Assembly (NCBI GenBank): GCA_046563655.1
Contig: CM102285.1
Coordinates: 9,548,001 to 9,612,000 of the forward strand
Reading direction: 5' to 3'
Source of the DNA: Yuukianura sp. NJ FZ-2021
Lineage: Eukaryota
Length of the DNA stretch: 64,000 bases
Shown here: positions 40,501 to 51,774 of the stretch, in pieces
How positions within the stretch are numbered: the first letter of the stretch is position 1
Layout: the number at the start of each line of letters is the position of its first letter
Position numbers and translations under genes: made by a program
Notes under the pieces: generated by a model
Databases searched by the model: none
Seen by the model: the letters and a program-made list of their open reading frames with translations, nothing else
Told to the model about the DNA's origin: nothing

Positions 40501-41609
40501 CTTGGAACGCTGGATCATAGACGAAAGGATGTCATTTCCCAGTTTTTAGATCGCAGTGGGCGAGAAGATTTCTCGTCAGTATTTGCTTTCCAAAATGATT
40601 TTACAATGGTAATTCCCATTCTTTTTCTTTTCTAAAAATGACTGGGTTGTCTTGAAAAACAAAACGAACCGTTACACATTTTTTTAGGTTTCTTACGCTC
40701 CGAGGAAGCGCCGTGCAGTGTTACTGCTGTCGACGCAGCATCATTCGGCGGAGATTAATTCTCAGGACACATACAAACCGAAGATGATGCTGGATTACAA
40801 TAGTACTATAGGAGGCGTGGATACTGCGGCTCATAATATAGGAAAGTATTCGTGTCAGAAGGGCAGCAAAAGGTAACTTTTAGCAATTTTTGACCTTAAA
40901 ATAACACGTCTAGCAACATTACGAAAATTCTTATAGGTGGACAGTGAAAGTGCTCCAAGCTTTTCTGGATATTGCAGCTTTCAATGCCTATGCTATTCAC
41001 AAACTACAAAAAAGTTTGTCGGAAGATACCGCAACTGTTCTCGGGCGCAAGAGGTTCCTGGTAAGCCTTTCGAAAGGGCTGATGAAAGATGGAATTTATA
41101 AACTACTGCAGAGACCGAGACCACTATTTAGTCTGAATTCCCCTACAGCTTACCGTCGCAACATTACAGTTTTTGATGAACTTGCAGTGAAGAAAATGCA
41201 ATGCAGTTTGAATGCAGTTTCTCCTGCTATGCGCAAAGTATTTTTGAGGAACTTTTCGGAAGGACTGTTGCAACCTTCTACTGCAACAAAAGTTCAAAGA
41301 CCCCCGGAGTTAACGTATTTTCACAACATACTTAGGAAACTTGGTTACGAAGTTCCAGAGCAGGAGACGATGGAAAGTCGTACACCTAACGCGATGATAG
41401 GAGTTGGTGAAGTGAAACCGAGTAGGATAGTAGGGAGATGTCACATTTGCCCAAGGGGAAGAAAGGGGAGGTCCGCGAGCTCAACATGCCATGTATGCAA
41501 GAAATTCGTTTGTCTTCCGTGTAGTGTAAGACCTATCCATTGTCGTCGCCCAGAATGTACATTCGTACCGCCACCGCCGCCACGAGCAGAACCGCGGAAT
41601 AACCTTTGA
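37543..41609 (+). CDS. ZAD-like domain-piggyBac transposase fusion, copy 4 (intact ORF, first catalytic Asp replaced by Gly)
   Basis: 8 exons in frame. VLGEM replaces VVDEM (codon 40108-40110); MDKSF replaces MDNFF; GGVDTAA. The last exon is internally duplicated and the Cys-rich tail is kept. Confidence 0.85.
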
Positions 41610-42615
41610 CCTACTTTCAGCTTAAGAAAAAGTATTATCGTTATTTTGACACTTATTGTCTGCTAGGTAATTGAAATGTTTTAGGTGAACTATATATAAT
41701 TATGTTTCTTAATTATGCTTAAGTTGTTAAGATAAGAAATTTACTTTTCTACGAAGTGTTTCAGTTTGTCTGGTCTTTGTACTGCAAGTGTAATATTTTA
41801 ATAAAAATCGGAAGATATTTATGAAATTCTATTAAAGATCGTGAGATCGTGTTATTCTAGTTTTTTCTTTATGTAAAGAAGTCTCCTTCACCAATTATTT
41901 TTGGAAGGTTGGTTAAATTTCTTTAAATTAAATTCTTAAATTTAAAGTTAAAGGTTTTCTTTAGTTGTTAAATTTTTGCAACATCCGGCGCGTTCATGTA
42001 TTACCAAAGAAAAGAGCATCCTAGAGCTAAAGCAGGCCGATGCTTTCTTCTTTGATGTATTACGAAAACTTTTCTCTTTTCCGTGTTGTGTTAAGTTGAA
42101 ACGAAATTACAGAGTGAGACTGTATGAAAATTGCTGTTTGGTTTGTTTCAAAGCATTTAGGAACGAGAGAATCACTTACGCATCAACATCACATAAACGC
42201 ACGAGCAAAGCCGAATCCAATGTAAAAACGGAACGCAGCCCACTTATCAAATGGAGGGTACGCCAAGGACAGAGCATAGTATAATAGCAAAAAACTTTTC
42301 GCCAATTAAAGTTTCCCCGATTAACTTTTCGCCAATTAAATAAATAGTTTTGCTACTAATATCCCTCCATAAAAGTCTACATCCACAGGATACACTCAAA
42401 CATCACGCATCAACACAACGCACGAACAAACCCGAGTGAAAAAGAAAAACAGGGAAGTCAAGTCAAATTGAGGCCACGCCAAGGTTAGAGCCAAAGTATA
42501 CCAAAGGAAAATAAAATGTACCAAAGTGAACGAGACCGATAGAGCCACAAAACGAGTTTCAAAAATTTTCTCCATAGAATTTATAAATATTGAACCGAAT
42601 TATACAATTTATAAA

Positions 42616-45600
42616 ATGTCACTGCTTCATCAACGCAGGATTCCTTTTGCTACTCACAAGGTTCCACATGAAGCTATGGTTCCTCGTATTCAGTTGTGCT
42701 TCACTTGTACCAATCTAAAAGCACTACAAGGATGCACTTCAATTGTACTGGAATGCCAAGGTTTGGCTAGCAATCTGGAAACGAAATCAAGTATTCTGCA
42801 AGTAATTTGCCAATTACTAAGAGTTCAATGTGGGTCACTGGAATCGCTGATTCTGGAAGATGGAAACCTTCCATTTTGTCCAACTTGTCTCAAGGTCATC
42901 TCAGAAATCATCATCCTCCGGGAGAAATTATTTCAAATTGAAACCGAAATTAGAGAAAAACTAAGGAAGCTTGAATCGTCTGTGGCCAAAAGTTATAATG
43001 CTTACCGAGGTTATGAAAAGAACACGACAGAGGAGGATTCGGCATATGATGACTTCAGAATTATGTTTCAAGGACAAGTGATGGAAGGTGGGCAAAAGTT
43101 TAAACCGTTTCGTGTATTGAATGTTTTCAAAATTCAATGACTTGCATAAAACTATTTTTTCAGAACACATAAATAAGAAACTGCTTCATCAAAAAATCAT
43201 TGAGCTGAATGAGGATCCGAACGCTTTTGTTACTGAATCTGTTCCTTCGATGGTTCAATTTCATCTGGAGAAAAATATATTTTCGATTGTTGATAGGAAG
43301 CCATCTTTGAAAGTCGAAGCAATTGACTACGTGTGGCAAATTTTACGCACTGATGCATCAACTGATACAAGAGACTTTGAAATTCCTGAAGAGAAAGTTG
43401 AAGTTGCAGGAAGCGCTGAATTCAGCCTTTGTAGTGCTGAAATGCCTCCAGTCCTTGAGGCAGAAGCGTTGGATGGTTACGAAAACTTTAGTCTCGTCCC
43501 TGTGGATCAGGAATTGAATATTAGCGATGACAGTGATTATGGCTCTCCGAGGTATACCAAAAAATCAAAAGATTTTTCTGAAAAATACAATTTTTTTTTC
43601 ATTTTTTATTGTTTCTGTTAGCAAAAAATCCAAAACTGAGAAAATCGTGAGTGGAAATACTGAACCGGCGAAAAATGAACAACCAGCGAAACCTGTCGTT
43701 CCGACTCGAAAAAAGGTTAACACTAAAGTGGAACAGAAAAAACTGGCGAAATCTCGACGCCTGATTTTTGGTGCGCCTAAACCCTTAAAGATAGTCAAGC
43801 GTCCATTGTTAGTTAATAATAATCGCAAACGTGGCACTTCAAAACAACAAGAAATGATTGGTAAGTAAAAAAGCATTTAAGTCCTCACAAGATTCAAAGT
43901 TGAAGATATTTAGTATAACTACAAAGTATTGTCAAATACTGTGAAGAAGAGTATCGACGATTCGTCGGAAAACTGCGACTTGAACTCGTTGTTATTTGGA
44001 TTTTCTAAATTGTTTACCGGATTTCTTAAAAACAATTTTGTTGTAGACTGTGAAGAAGAAGAAGAAGAAGAGGAAGAAGAAGAAGCAGTAGAAGCAGAAG
44101 AAGAAGATGACGAAGTTGAAGGAAATGACGCTGATGAAGGCGATCCGTCTGATTGGATACCGAAGAAGAAGTACGGGGAATCCGATTCATCTGATTCTCC
44201 AAGTAGTGACAGCGATCGTGACGAAGCAGATGCAGACGACGGGGACAGAGACGGAGCTGCGAAAGTGCAAAAGGAGCCCGAGGATTCCGCAGTTTCAACT
44301 TCGGAACATTGCCAAAAGCACCAATTCAAACCGAAGCATTCTCGTCACCCGCCCCGCAAAAAATATCTTATTGAACCAACTTTTGTCAAAGTCGTTCAAG
44401 AAGAAGAAACGTTTAAGGCCAAGGACAAAAGTATCTGGACAACCAAGGAACCTGACCAGGACAGGCAGACAAAGGATTACGAAATTCTGAGAGAGAAAGG
44501 CGGCTTGATGGGCCCTGCGGCCGACACAACGCTAACTCCAACGCAGATATTTAAACTAATGTTCCCGCCGGATATTGTGGAAACCATTGTGAAATACACC
44601 AATGCCTACGCTACACATATGCTCAAAATGACTCCAAATAAAACAAAGGGGGCGGACGCGACTACGTTTAATCCTCTTACCGTGGAAGAAATGTACGCCT
44701 ACATCGGAATTTTGCTTTTCTTAGGAGCTGAGAAGAAGCGGTAAAGCGTACCAAACATTCCTTTGAATTCTTAAATGCTGATCCTCTTTTTTTTAAATTG
44801 TAATACTTTTTTTTGGAATTCAGCCTTTAAACACAATGCTTTTGCTGTTTACTTTCAGGACCTCGCCTATTCGTGAGGTTTGGACAACAGACGAAAGATA
44901 TATGATTCCTGTCGTGGCAGCCACAATGAGTATAGGAAGATTCTGTTCAATTACCAAATTTCTCAGGTTTGACGATAAAGTAGCACGCATGACCGCAACA
45001 GACAAACGCGAAACTGAAGAAGAAGAAGAAGATTCTAAATTCTGCTATATTTCCGAAGTATTTAAACCATTTGTAGAAAATATGCAAAACCACTTGAGCC
45101 CCTATGATACACTTGTCGTCGATGAAATGCTGGTCAAATTTCGGGGCAGTGCCAAATTTCGAGTTTATATGAAATCCAAACCTGGAAAGTAAGTATACCA
45201 ACTGATTCTTTTTAGTTTTCATATAACGTATTTAGCTTAATGGTGAAATGTTGACTTTAAGGTACGGGATTAAGTTTTGGGCTGTTTGTGACGTCGAGAC
45301 TGGCTACATCTTGAAAATTGCTGTGTATGAAGGGAAAGTTGGCGGTGTAGTGGAGCGGGAGCATGGAAAGAAAGTCGTTCTGAATATGGTCCAGAAGTAT
45401 TTCGGCTCTGGACGTGGAGTGACGATGGACAACTTCTTCACGTCCAAAGCCCTTGGCGAAGAATTGATGAAGCGTAATATGTCGATGCTTGGAACGCTCA
45501 ACCACAATCGAATGGATGCCATTCCAAAGCTTACCGATCCCAAAGGACGGGAAATCATGTCTTCAGTATTTGCATTCCAAGGAGATTTCACGATGGTAAG

Positions 45601-46440
45601 CGTATGTAAACACACGCTATATACGTTTGGTTACTCGCATTGTTCTTTATTGCAGGTTTCTTACGTTCCAAAGAAGAACAGAGCTGTTCTGCTCCTGTCA
45701 ACCCTTCATCACTCCGCTGAAATTAGTTCGCAACATCGAAGTAAACCAAAAATGATTCTGGACTACAATATGAGCAAGGGTGGTGTCGATACTGCGGACC
45801 AAATGATAGGTGCCTATACATGTCAGAGGACAACTATGAGGTAAACTGCGATGTCAATGCAAAATTGAATCCAATCCGGCAAGACTTACAAGCAGCTTCA
45901 AAGCTTGATTTCATGATGTTTAGGTGGCCAATGAAGGTATTTCAAGCTCTTCTGGACATTGCAGCTTTCAATGCATATGCCGTGTACAAAATGCACTGCG
46001 GTTCGACTGCTACGCCTTCTACTTTGCGCAAAGCGTTTTTGAGGAATCTTTCTGAAGGATTGATGGAACCCGTAATTGTAGCGAGGCTGGAAAGGGCTCC
46101 ATGGAAGTCATTGGAATATTCCAGGGTACTGGAGAAACTTGGATACGCTTTGGAGGAAGAAGAAAAAGAGACGATAGAAAGTCGTGTAGCAAAGGCCTTA
46201 GCGGGAAAAAGCGTTGAAGTGAATAAAAGAATGCCGAATGGGAAATTGAAAGCAGGTCGCTGTAAGTTTTGTCCACCCAAAAAACGAACGATAGCGACGA
46301 TAACATGTGACTCGTGCGGAAAGTTTGTTTGTAGTAAAACGTGTTTAATACGAATTTGTCCGACTCCAGAATGCGCTTATGTAAAAGGAAAAGTAGCGTC
46401 AGCTCGGAGGAATCTTCAATCAGCGTTCAGCCGAAAATAA
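42616..46440 (+). CDS. ZAD-like domain-piggyBac transposase fusion, copy 5 (intact, DDD triad intact)
   Basis: 8 exons in frame. CFTC...LPFCPTC; VVDEML; TMDNFFTS; YNMSKGGVDTAD; CKFC...CDSCGKFVCSKTC...CPTPEC. Confidence 0.88.
44052..44110 (+). repeat. GAA-rich triplet run encoding a poly-Glu tract in copy 5
   Basis: gaagaagaagaagaagaagaggaagaagaagaagca... in frame in exon 4. Confidence 0.85.
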
Positions 46441-46844
46441 GGAATAATGCAGTCTTATGAAAAAAAAAACTTAAGTATAAGTGATTCTTCTGAGTAATGT
46501 AGTGTAGAAAATTTTTACGTAGTTCACATTTTTAAGTAGTTCACGAAAAGTTGACCATAAGCCCCGTTACTAAACTCGATTCATGCAACATTTAGTTCTG
46601 CTATTTAAAACTTAAATTAGAACTTTAACCAACCTGGATTGCTTGTTATGGAGAAAATCCACTTTCACTTTGCCTGGTCTTTGAAGTTTGTGTGCAATAT
46701 TTTACAGAAAAGTTAAATAATTTTGTATGTTATAAATTTATGTGCATAATAAATAAACTAATATCTATAGTTCGAATTTTGTTGTGACTTCATTTAGCCT
46801 TCCGTTGGGCTAGGTTGAGAAGCTAGTTCCATGTAATTTTCCCA

Positions 46845-46995
46845 AAAAGTGAAATGACCAAAAGTGAAAAGAACAGAAAAAAGACCAGAAAAGGAAAATG
46901 AAACACAGGTCTTTCCTAAGGTCTTTCGAATTCTAGCTTTTCACTTTTTATTAGTCATTTAATTTTCGCCCAATTTTTTTGGCCATTTCACCTAC
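46845..46995. repeat. Short degenerate fold-back (MITE-like remnant)
   Basis: Nested inverted pairs GTGAAATGACCAAAA / TTTTGGCCATTTCAC, AAAAGTGAAAAG / CTTTTCACTTTT and AAAGACC / GGTCTTT. Confidence 0.45.
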
Positions 46996-47612
46996 TACGA
47001 AGCTCTTGCCTGCATTTGCACTTAGGTTTTCGAAATATTAATTTTTCAAATTCAAAATGTTTGGTAGTGAGTGACGGAATTTGAACTTTTGATTTTGAAA
47101 AAAAAACATGAAAATAATGTTGTTCTTTTTTCGTTTGAAAACCAACCGAGATGTATTTCTTCTTGAATTTAATAAGGCCAGGGTTTTATAGTGTGAGCGA
47201 ATTAAAATTTCTCTTTTCAGTTTTGACTTTGAGTAACTGGGATGGAAATTACAAAGTAAGACTGTACATGTTTGTTTTGTTCCAAAGCATTTGGAAAGTA
47301 GTACTTACAGGATCATAACGACCACAAAATAGTACACCACACGCAATGAACACGCATCAACACAACGCACGAACCAATCCGAGTCAAAATGAAAAACAAA
47401 ACAGCCAAGCCAAATCGAGGCCAAGCCAAGGACAGACCCTTGCAGTAGTATCTACTATACCAAATATGAAAAGTAAAATACAAAAAAAAAAATCTATTTC
47501 ACAGTAAACTAGACTCAGAAGGGCTACAGAACTTAAATTTTTTCTAGTTTCTTGGACTTATAATTTTATTAAAACGTTTATAAATATTAAACCGAATTAT
47601 ACAATTTATAAA

Positions 47613-50600
47613 ATGTCTTTATTCCGTCAAACTAGAATTAATTTTGCTGCTCCGAAAGTTCCAAATGGTGCAGAACCAATTAGAGTACCTCTTGTTCAGT
47701 TGTGCTTCACTTGTGTCAATATAAAAGCACTGCAGGGATGTACTTCGGTGGTTCTGGAATGCCAAGGTTTGGCCAGCAACATCGAAACGAAATCAAGTAT
47801 TCTGCAAGTGATCTGTCAATTACTACGAGTTCAGGGGAGATCACTGGAATCGCTCATTCTGGAAGATGAGAACCTTCCATTTTGTCCATGTTGTCTCAAG
47901 GTCATCTCAGAAATAATCATCCTCAGGGAGAAATTATTTCAAATTGAAACAGAAATTAGAGAGAAACTTAGAACACTGGAAGCGTCGGTGGCTGAAAGCT
48001 TCGAAACTTACGGAGACGATGTGAAGAAGAAGACGCCAGAAGAGGGGTCAATTGAGTACGATGACCTCAGAGTTATGTTTCAAACACAAGTCATGGAAGG
48101 TTTGTAAAAGTCAAATGAGGCTATAGCATGTAAATATACCTAACATTTTGCAAATTACTGTTATACTATTACTTGTTTCTTTAGAACACACCAATAAGGA
48201 ACTACTACGGCAAAAAATTCTGCAATTGAATCAGAATCCGAATACTTTTGCTGCTGAATCCATGCCTTCGATGGTTCAATTTCAACTGGAGAAAAACGTA
48301 TTTTCGATTGCTGGCCGGAAACCATCTCTGAAGGTCGAGGCAATTGACTGTGATTTCCAAATTCGTCACGCTGATGCATCAACTGATACAAAAGACTTGA
48401 AAATTCCTGAAGAGAGAACTCGTATCCCAGGACGCGCTGATTTGAGGCTTTATGATGCTGAAATGCTTCCAGTCCTTGCCTCAAGAGCTTCGGACGCTGC
48501 GGATCTCGTTCCTGTAAATCAGGGATTTTCTGCACAATTGAAAAATCAGAATCCAGAAATAACTTGCATTCCAAGTCCGGAAAAGAAAACTAAAGCTGTA
48601 CCGCAGAAATTTGTAAAATCCCAATTCCGGTATTTGCCACAACCCTCCAAACTCATCAAGCGTCCATCGTTGCCTAATCCTAATCCAGTGCCTTGTACTG
48701 CAAAACGACAAGAACCAATTAACCCCTTAACGGTTATTAACCTTCCACCCTTAACGGCAATTAACATTCCACCCTTAACGGTAATTAACCTTCCACCCTT
48801 AACGGCAATTAACCTTCCGCCGTTGCTTACTACATTCAACGATGCTCAAACACCTCCAGTCATTGATTTGGCAAGGTCGGACGTTGATGAAGACTTTAGT
48901 CTTGTTCCTGTGGATCAGGGATTAAATATTAGTGACGACAGTGACTATGGATCTCCGAGGTATACTACCAAAAATTTTATATTCAAAAGATTTCACATTA
49001 AAATATTAGTAAATTTTCACTTTTTTCTGTTTCTTTTAGCAAGAAATCCAAAGCTGAGAACGTGATGATTACAAATACTGTACTGAAAAAAAATCCACAA
49101 CCAAGGACTGTCATTCCGCGTGTAAAGAAAGTTCTCACTAGATTGGAACCGAATAATTTGGCGAAATCTCGACTCCGGAATTATATTGCGCCTAAGCCCT
49201 TAAAGCTAATCAAGCGTCCATTGTTTTCTAATCCCAAACCTACTACTTCAAAACAACAAGAAACAGTTGGTACGTTGTCAATTTAATATTTAATTCTTCT
49301 CAAAATTTCTCAAAAAGTTCAACCTAAATACTAAGAGACTTTGGAAATATGTGTTGTATTTGGATTTCCTTGGATTGGTTACTGACAATTCTTAAATAAT
49401 TTCGGCTATAGATTCCGAAGAAGAATTGGAAGATGATGATGGCGATGGGTCTGATTGGATTCAGAAGGACGGAGACAGCGACTCATCCGATTCCACATCA
49501 AGTGACAATGATTGTGATGAACAAGAACCAAATGGCGATGATGGCGTCAAAGACGGAGCTGCGGAATTGGAAGACAGCGCAGAGGTTTCAATTTCAGAAA
49601 TTTGCAAAACACAAGATTTCAAAACCATGGCTAAACCAACCTCCAAAGATGACCCAAATGAGCCGACTTTTGTCAAAGTCATTCAAAAAGAGGCGACGTT
49701 TAAGGCTAGGGACAACACACTATGGACATCCCAGGAACCCAACCACATCAGACAGACAAGGGCTTATGAAGTTCTACGACAAAAAGGGGGCTTGGTGGGC
49801 CCTGCAACGGACAGTACTATGACTCCAGCGGAGCTGTTTAAACTGATGTTTCCAGCCACCATCTTGGAAACTATTGTTAAACACACCAACGCACACGCCA
49901 TTCGAACGCGGAATAACCAAAAACCGCATTCAGCGTTGAGTGAATTGAATCCGCTTACCGTGACTGAAATGTATGCCTACATCGGTATTCTGCTGTTTCT
50001 GGGAACTGAAAAGAAAAGGTAAAGTGTTTTGTTGAATTTTGCTTATGGAAGCCACTAAAGCAGTTAGTTTCCAATTCATACTTTCAACGAGGGTGCCTGT
50101 TCTTGTTTATCTTCAGTAAGTCAGGAGAAGCGTGGGGAAAGGATGAAAGATATGCGATTCCCATTGTAGCGGCAACGATGAATAGAAACAGGTTTTGTTC
50201 AATTCAAAGCTATATCAAGTTCCACGATGATGCAGCACCAATGACCGTAACAAACAAAAACGAAACCAAGGAAGCAGAAGAAGCCAATTTCTGCTACATT
50301 TCCGAAGTATTTGAGCCATTTGTCGAAAATATGCAAAATCACTTGTGTCCTTATGAGACTCTAGTGGTGGATAAGATGCTCGTCAAATTTCAAGGAAAAA
50401 GCAAATTTCGCGTGAATATGAAATCTAAGTAAGTCGGCGGACCCGATTATTTCCGTTTGGTTTAAGCGGAAGTGCACATCTTCCGAGTTGTGCACTCGAA
50501 ATATCTTTCGCTACTTACATATGGCGTTTACAACGGTTTATTTTTATGTTTTTTTTTGGTTCTAAAAGGTATGGACTCAGGTTATGGGTGCTTTGTGATG

Positions 50601-51774
50601 CTGAAACTGGCTACATTTTGAAAATTGCTCTCGACGAGCGGAACGCTAGCGCTCAAGCTAGAAAGGACCTTGGGAAGAAAGTCGTTTTGAATTTGGTTAA
50701 GAAGTATTTTGGTTCTGGACGGGGAGTGACGATACACAATTTGTACGTGTCGAAACTCTTGGGAGAGGAACTCATGAAGAACAGGATGTCGATGCTTGGA
50801 ACGCTCAAACACAAGCAAATCGATGTCATTCGGAAGTTTGTGGATCTCCATGAAAGGGAACTCCAGAGTTCAGTATTTGCATTCCAAAGAGATTTCACAA
50901 TGGTAAGAAAATATGGCAATTTTCCCGCTGCATTTCAAAATATTCGCAGCGATTAGTGATAACTGATAGGTGGGTTGAAATCTTTAAACTCGTTTAGGTT
51001 TCGTACGTTCCTAAATGGAACAGAAAGAACAAATTAATTCTGCTCCTATCAACGCAACATCATTCCAGTGAGATCAGTTCTGAAGATGGGTACAAGCCAA
51101 AGATGGTTCTGGACTACAACATGACAACCCAAACTGCAAATATTGCAGATCGAACTATTCGTGCCCACACGTGTCAGAGGACAACTCTGAGGTAATTCTT
51201 CCGATTTTAGCACAGAATTGAATGTTATCCAGCAAATTCAAAGATTTGATTCTTGATTCGTAGGTGGTCAGTGAAATTGTTCCAAGCACTTTTGGACATT
51301 GCAGCTCTCAATGCATACACTATCTACAAAATGCACTGCAACTCTACTGCAGTTACCCCTACTTCCCGTAAAACGTTTTTGAGAAGCCTCTCAGAAGGAC
51401 TCATGGAACCTACACTTACGGTGCGGTTTGAGAAAGGTCCATCGCATACTGCATTCCCGCATCTTTGCAAATTGCTTGAGAAACTGGAATATGTTTATGA
51501 GGAAGAAGACACACTAGAAACTCGTGTACAAAACTTCCTGTCGGGAGAAATCCTTGAAAAGCCAAAAAGATTGAATGGACAGATCAGAGGTTTTCGTTGC
51601 ACCTTTTGTCCGAAAAGAAGAATGATAGCAACGATTAGGTGTAAATCGTGCCGAAAGTATGTTTGTAGAGCATGCCTAATAAGAATTTGTCCTACTCCAG
51701 AATGCTCCTATGTAATGACCACAGCTCTAGCTCGGGAGAATCCTCAAGCATCTTTCAACCTCAAAATGAAATAG
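47613..51774 (+). CDS. ZAD-like domain-piggyBac transposase fusion, copy 6 (intact ORF, second and third catalytic Asp lost)
   Basis: 8 exons in frame. VVDKML; VTIHNLY replaces TMDNFF (His codon 50735-50737); TQTANIAD replaces KGGVDTAD (Asn codon 51139-51141). Cys-rich tail kept. Confidence 0.85.
48718..48822 (+). repeat. 24-nt coding minisatellite (INLPPLTA/V repeats) in exon 2 of copy 6
   Basis: About four units of ATTAACCTTCCACCCTTAACGGCA/GTA. Confidence 0.9.

Noticed and set aside
41976..42284. Short ORFs over the conserved upstream modules (also 37221-37403 and 17176-17412)
   Set aside because: Frames and lengths are not conserved between paralogous modules; the conservation is at the nucleotide-motif level.
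12603..51774. Six independent insertions of an autonomous piggyBac transposon
   Set aside because: Head-to-tail orientation, shared intron positions, homologous intergenic flanks, host-type N-terminal exons and no visible TIR/TTAA boundaries point to tandem gene duplication. The TIR search was by eye only.
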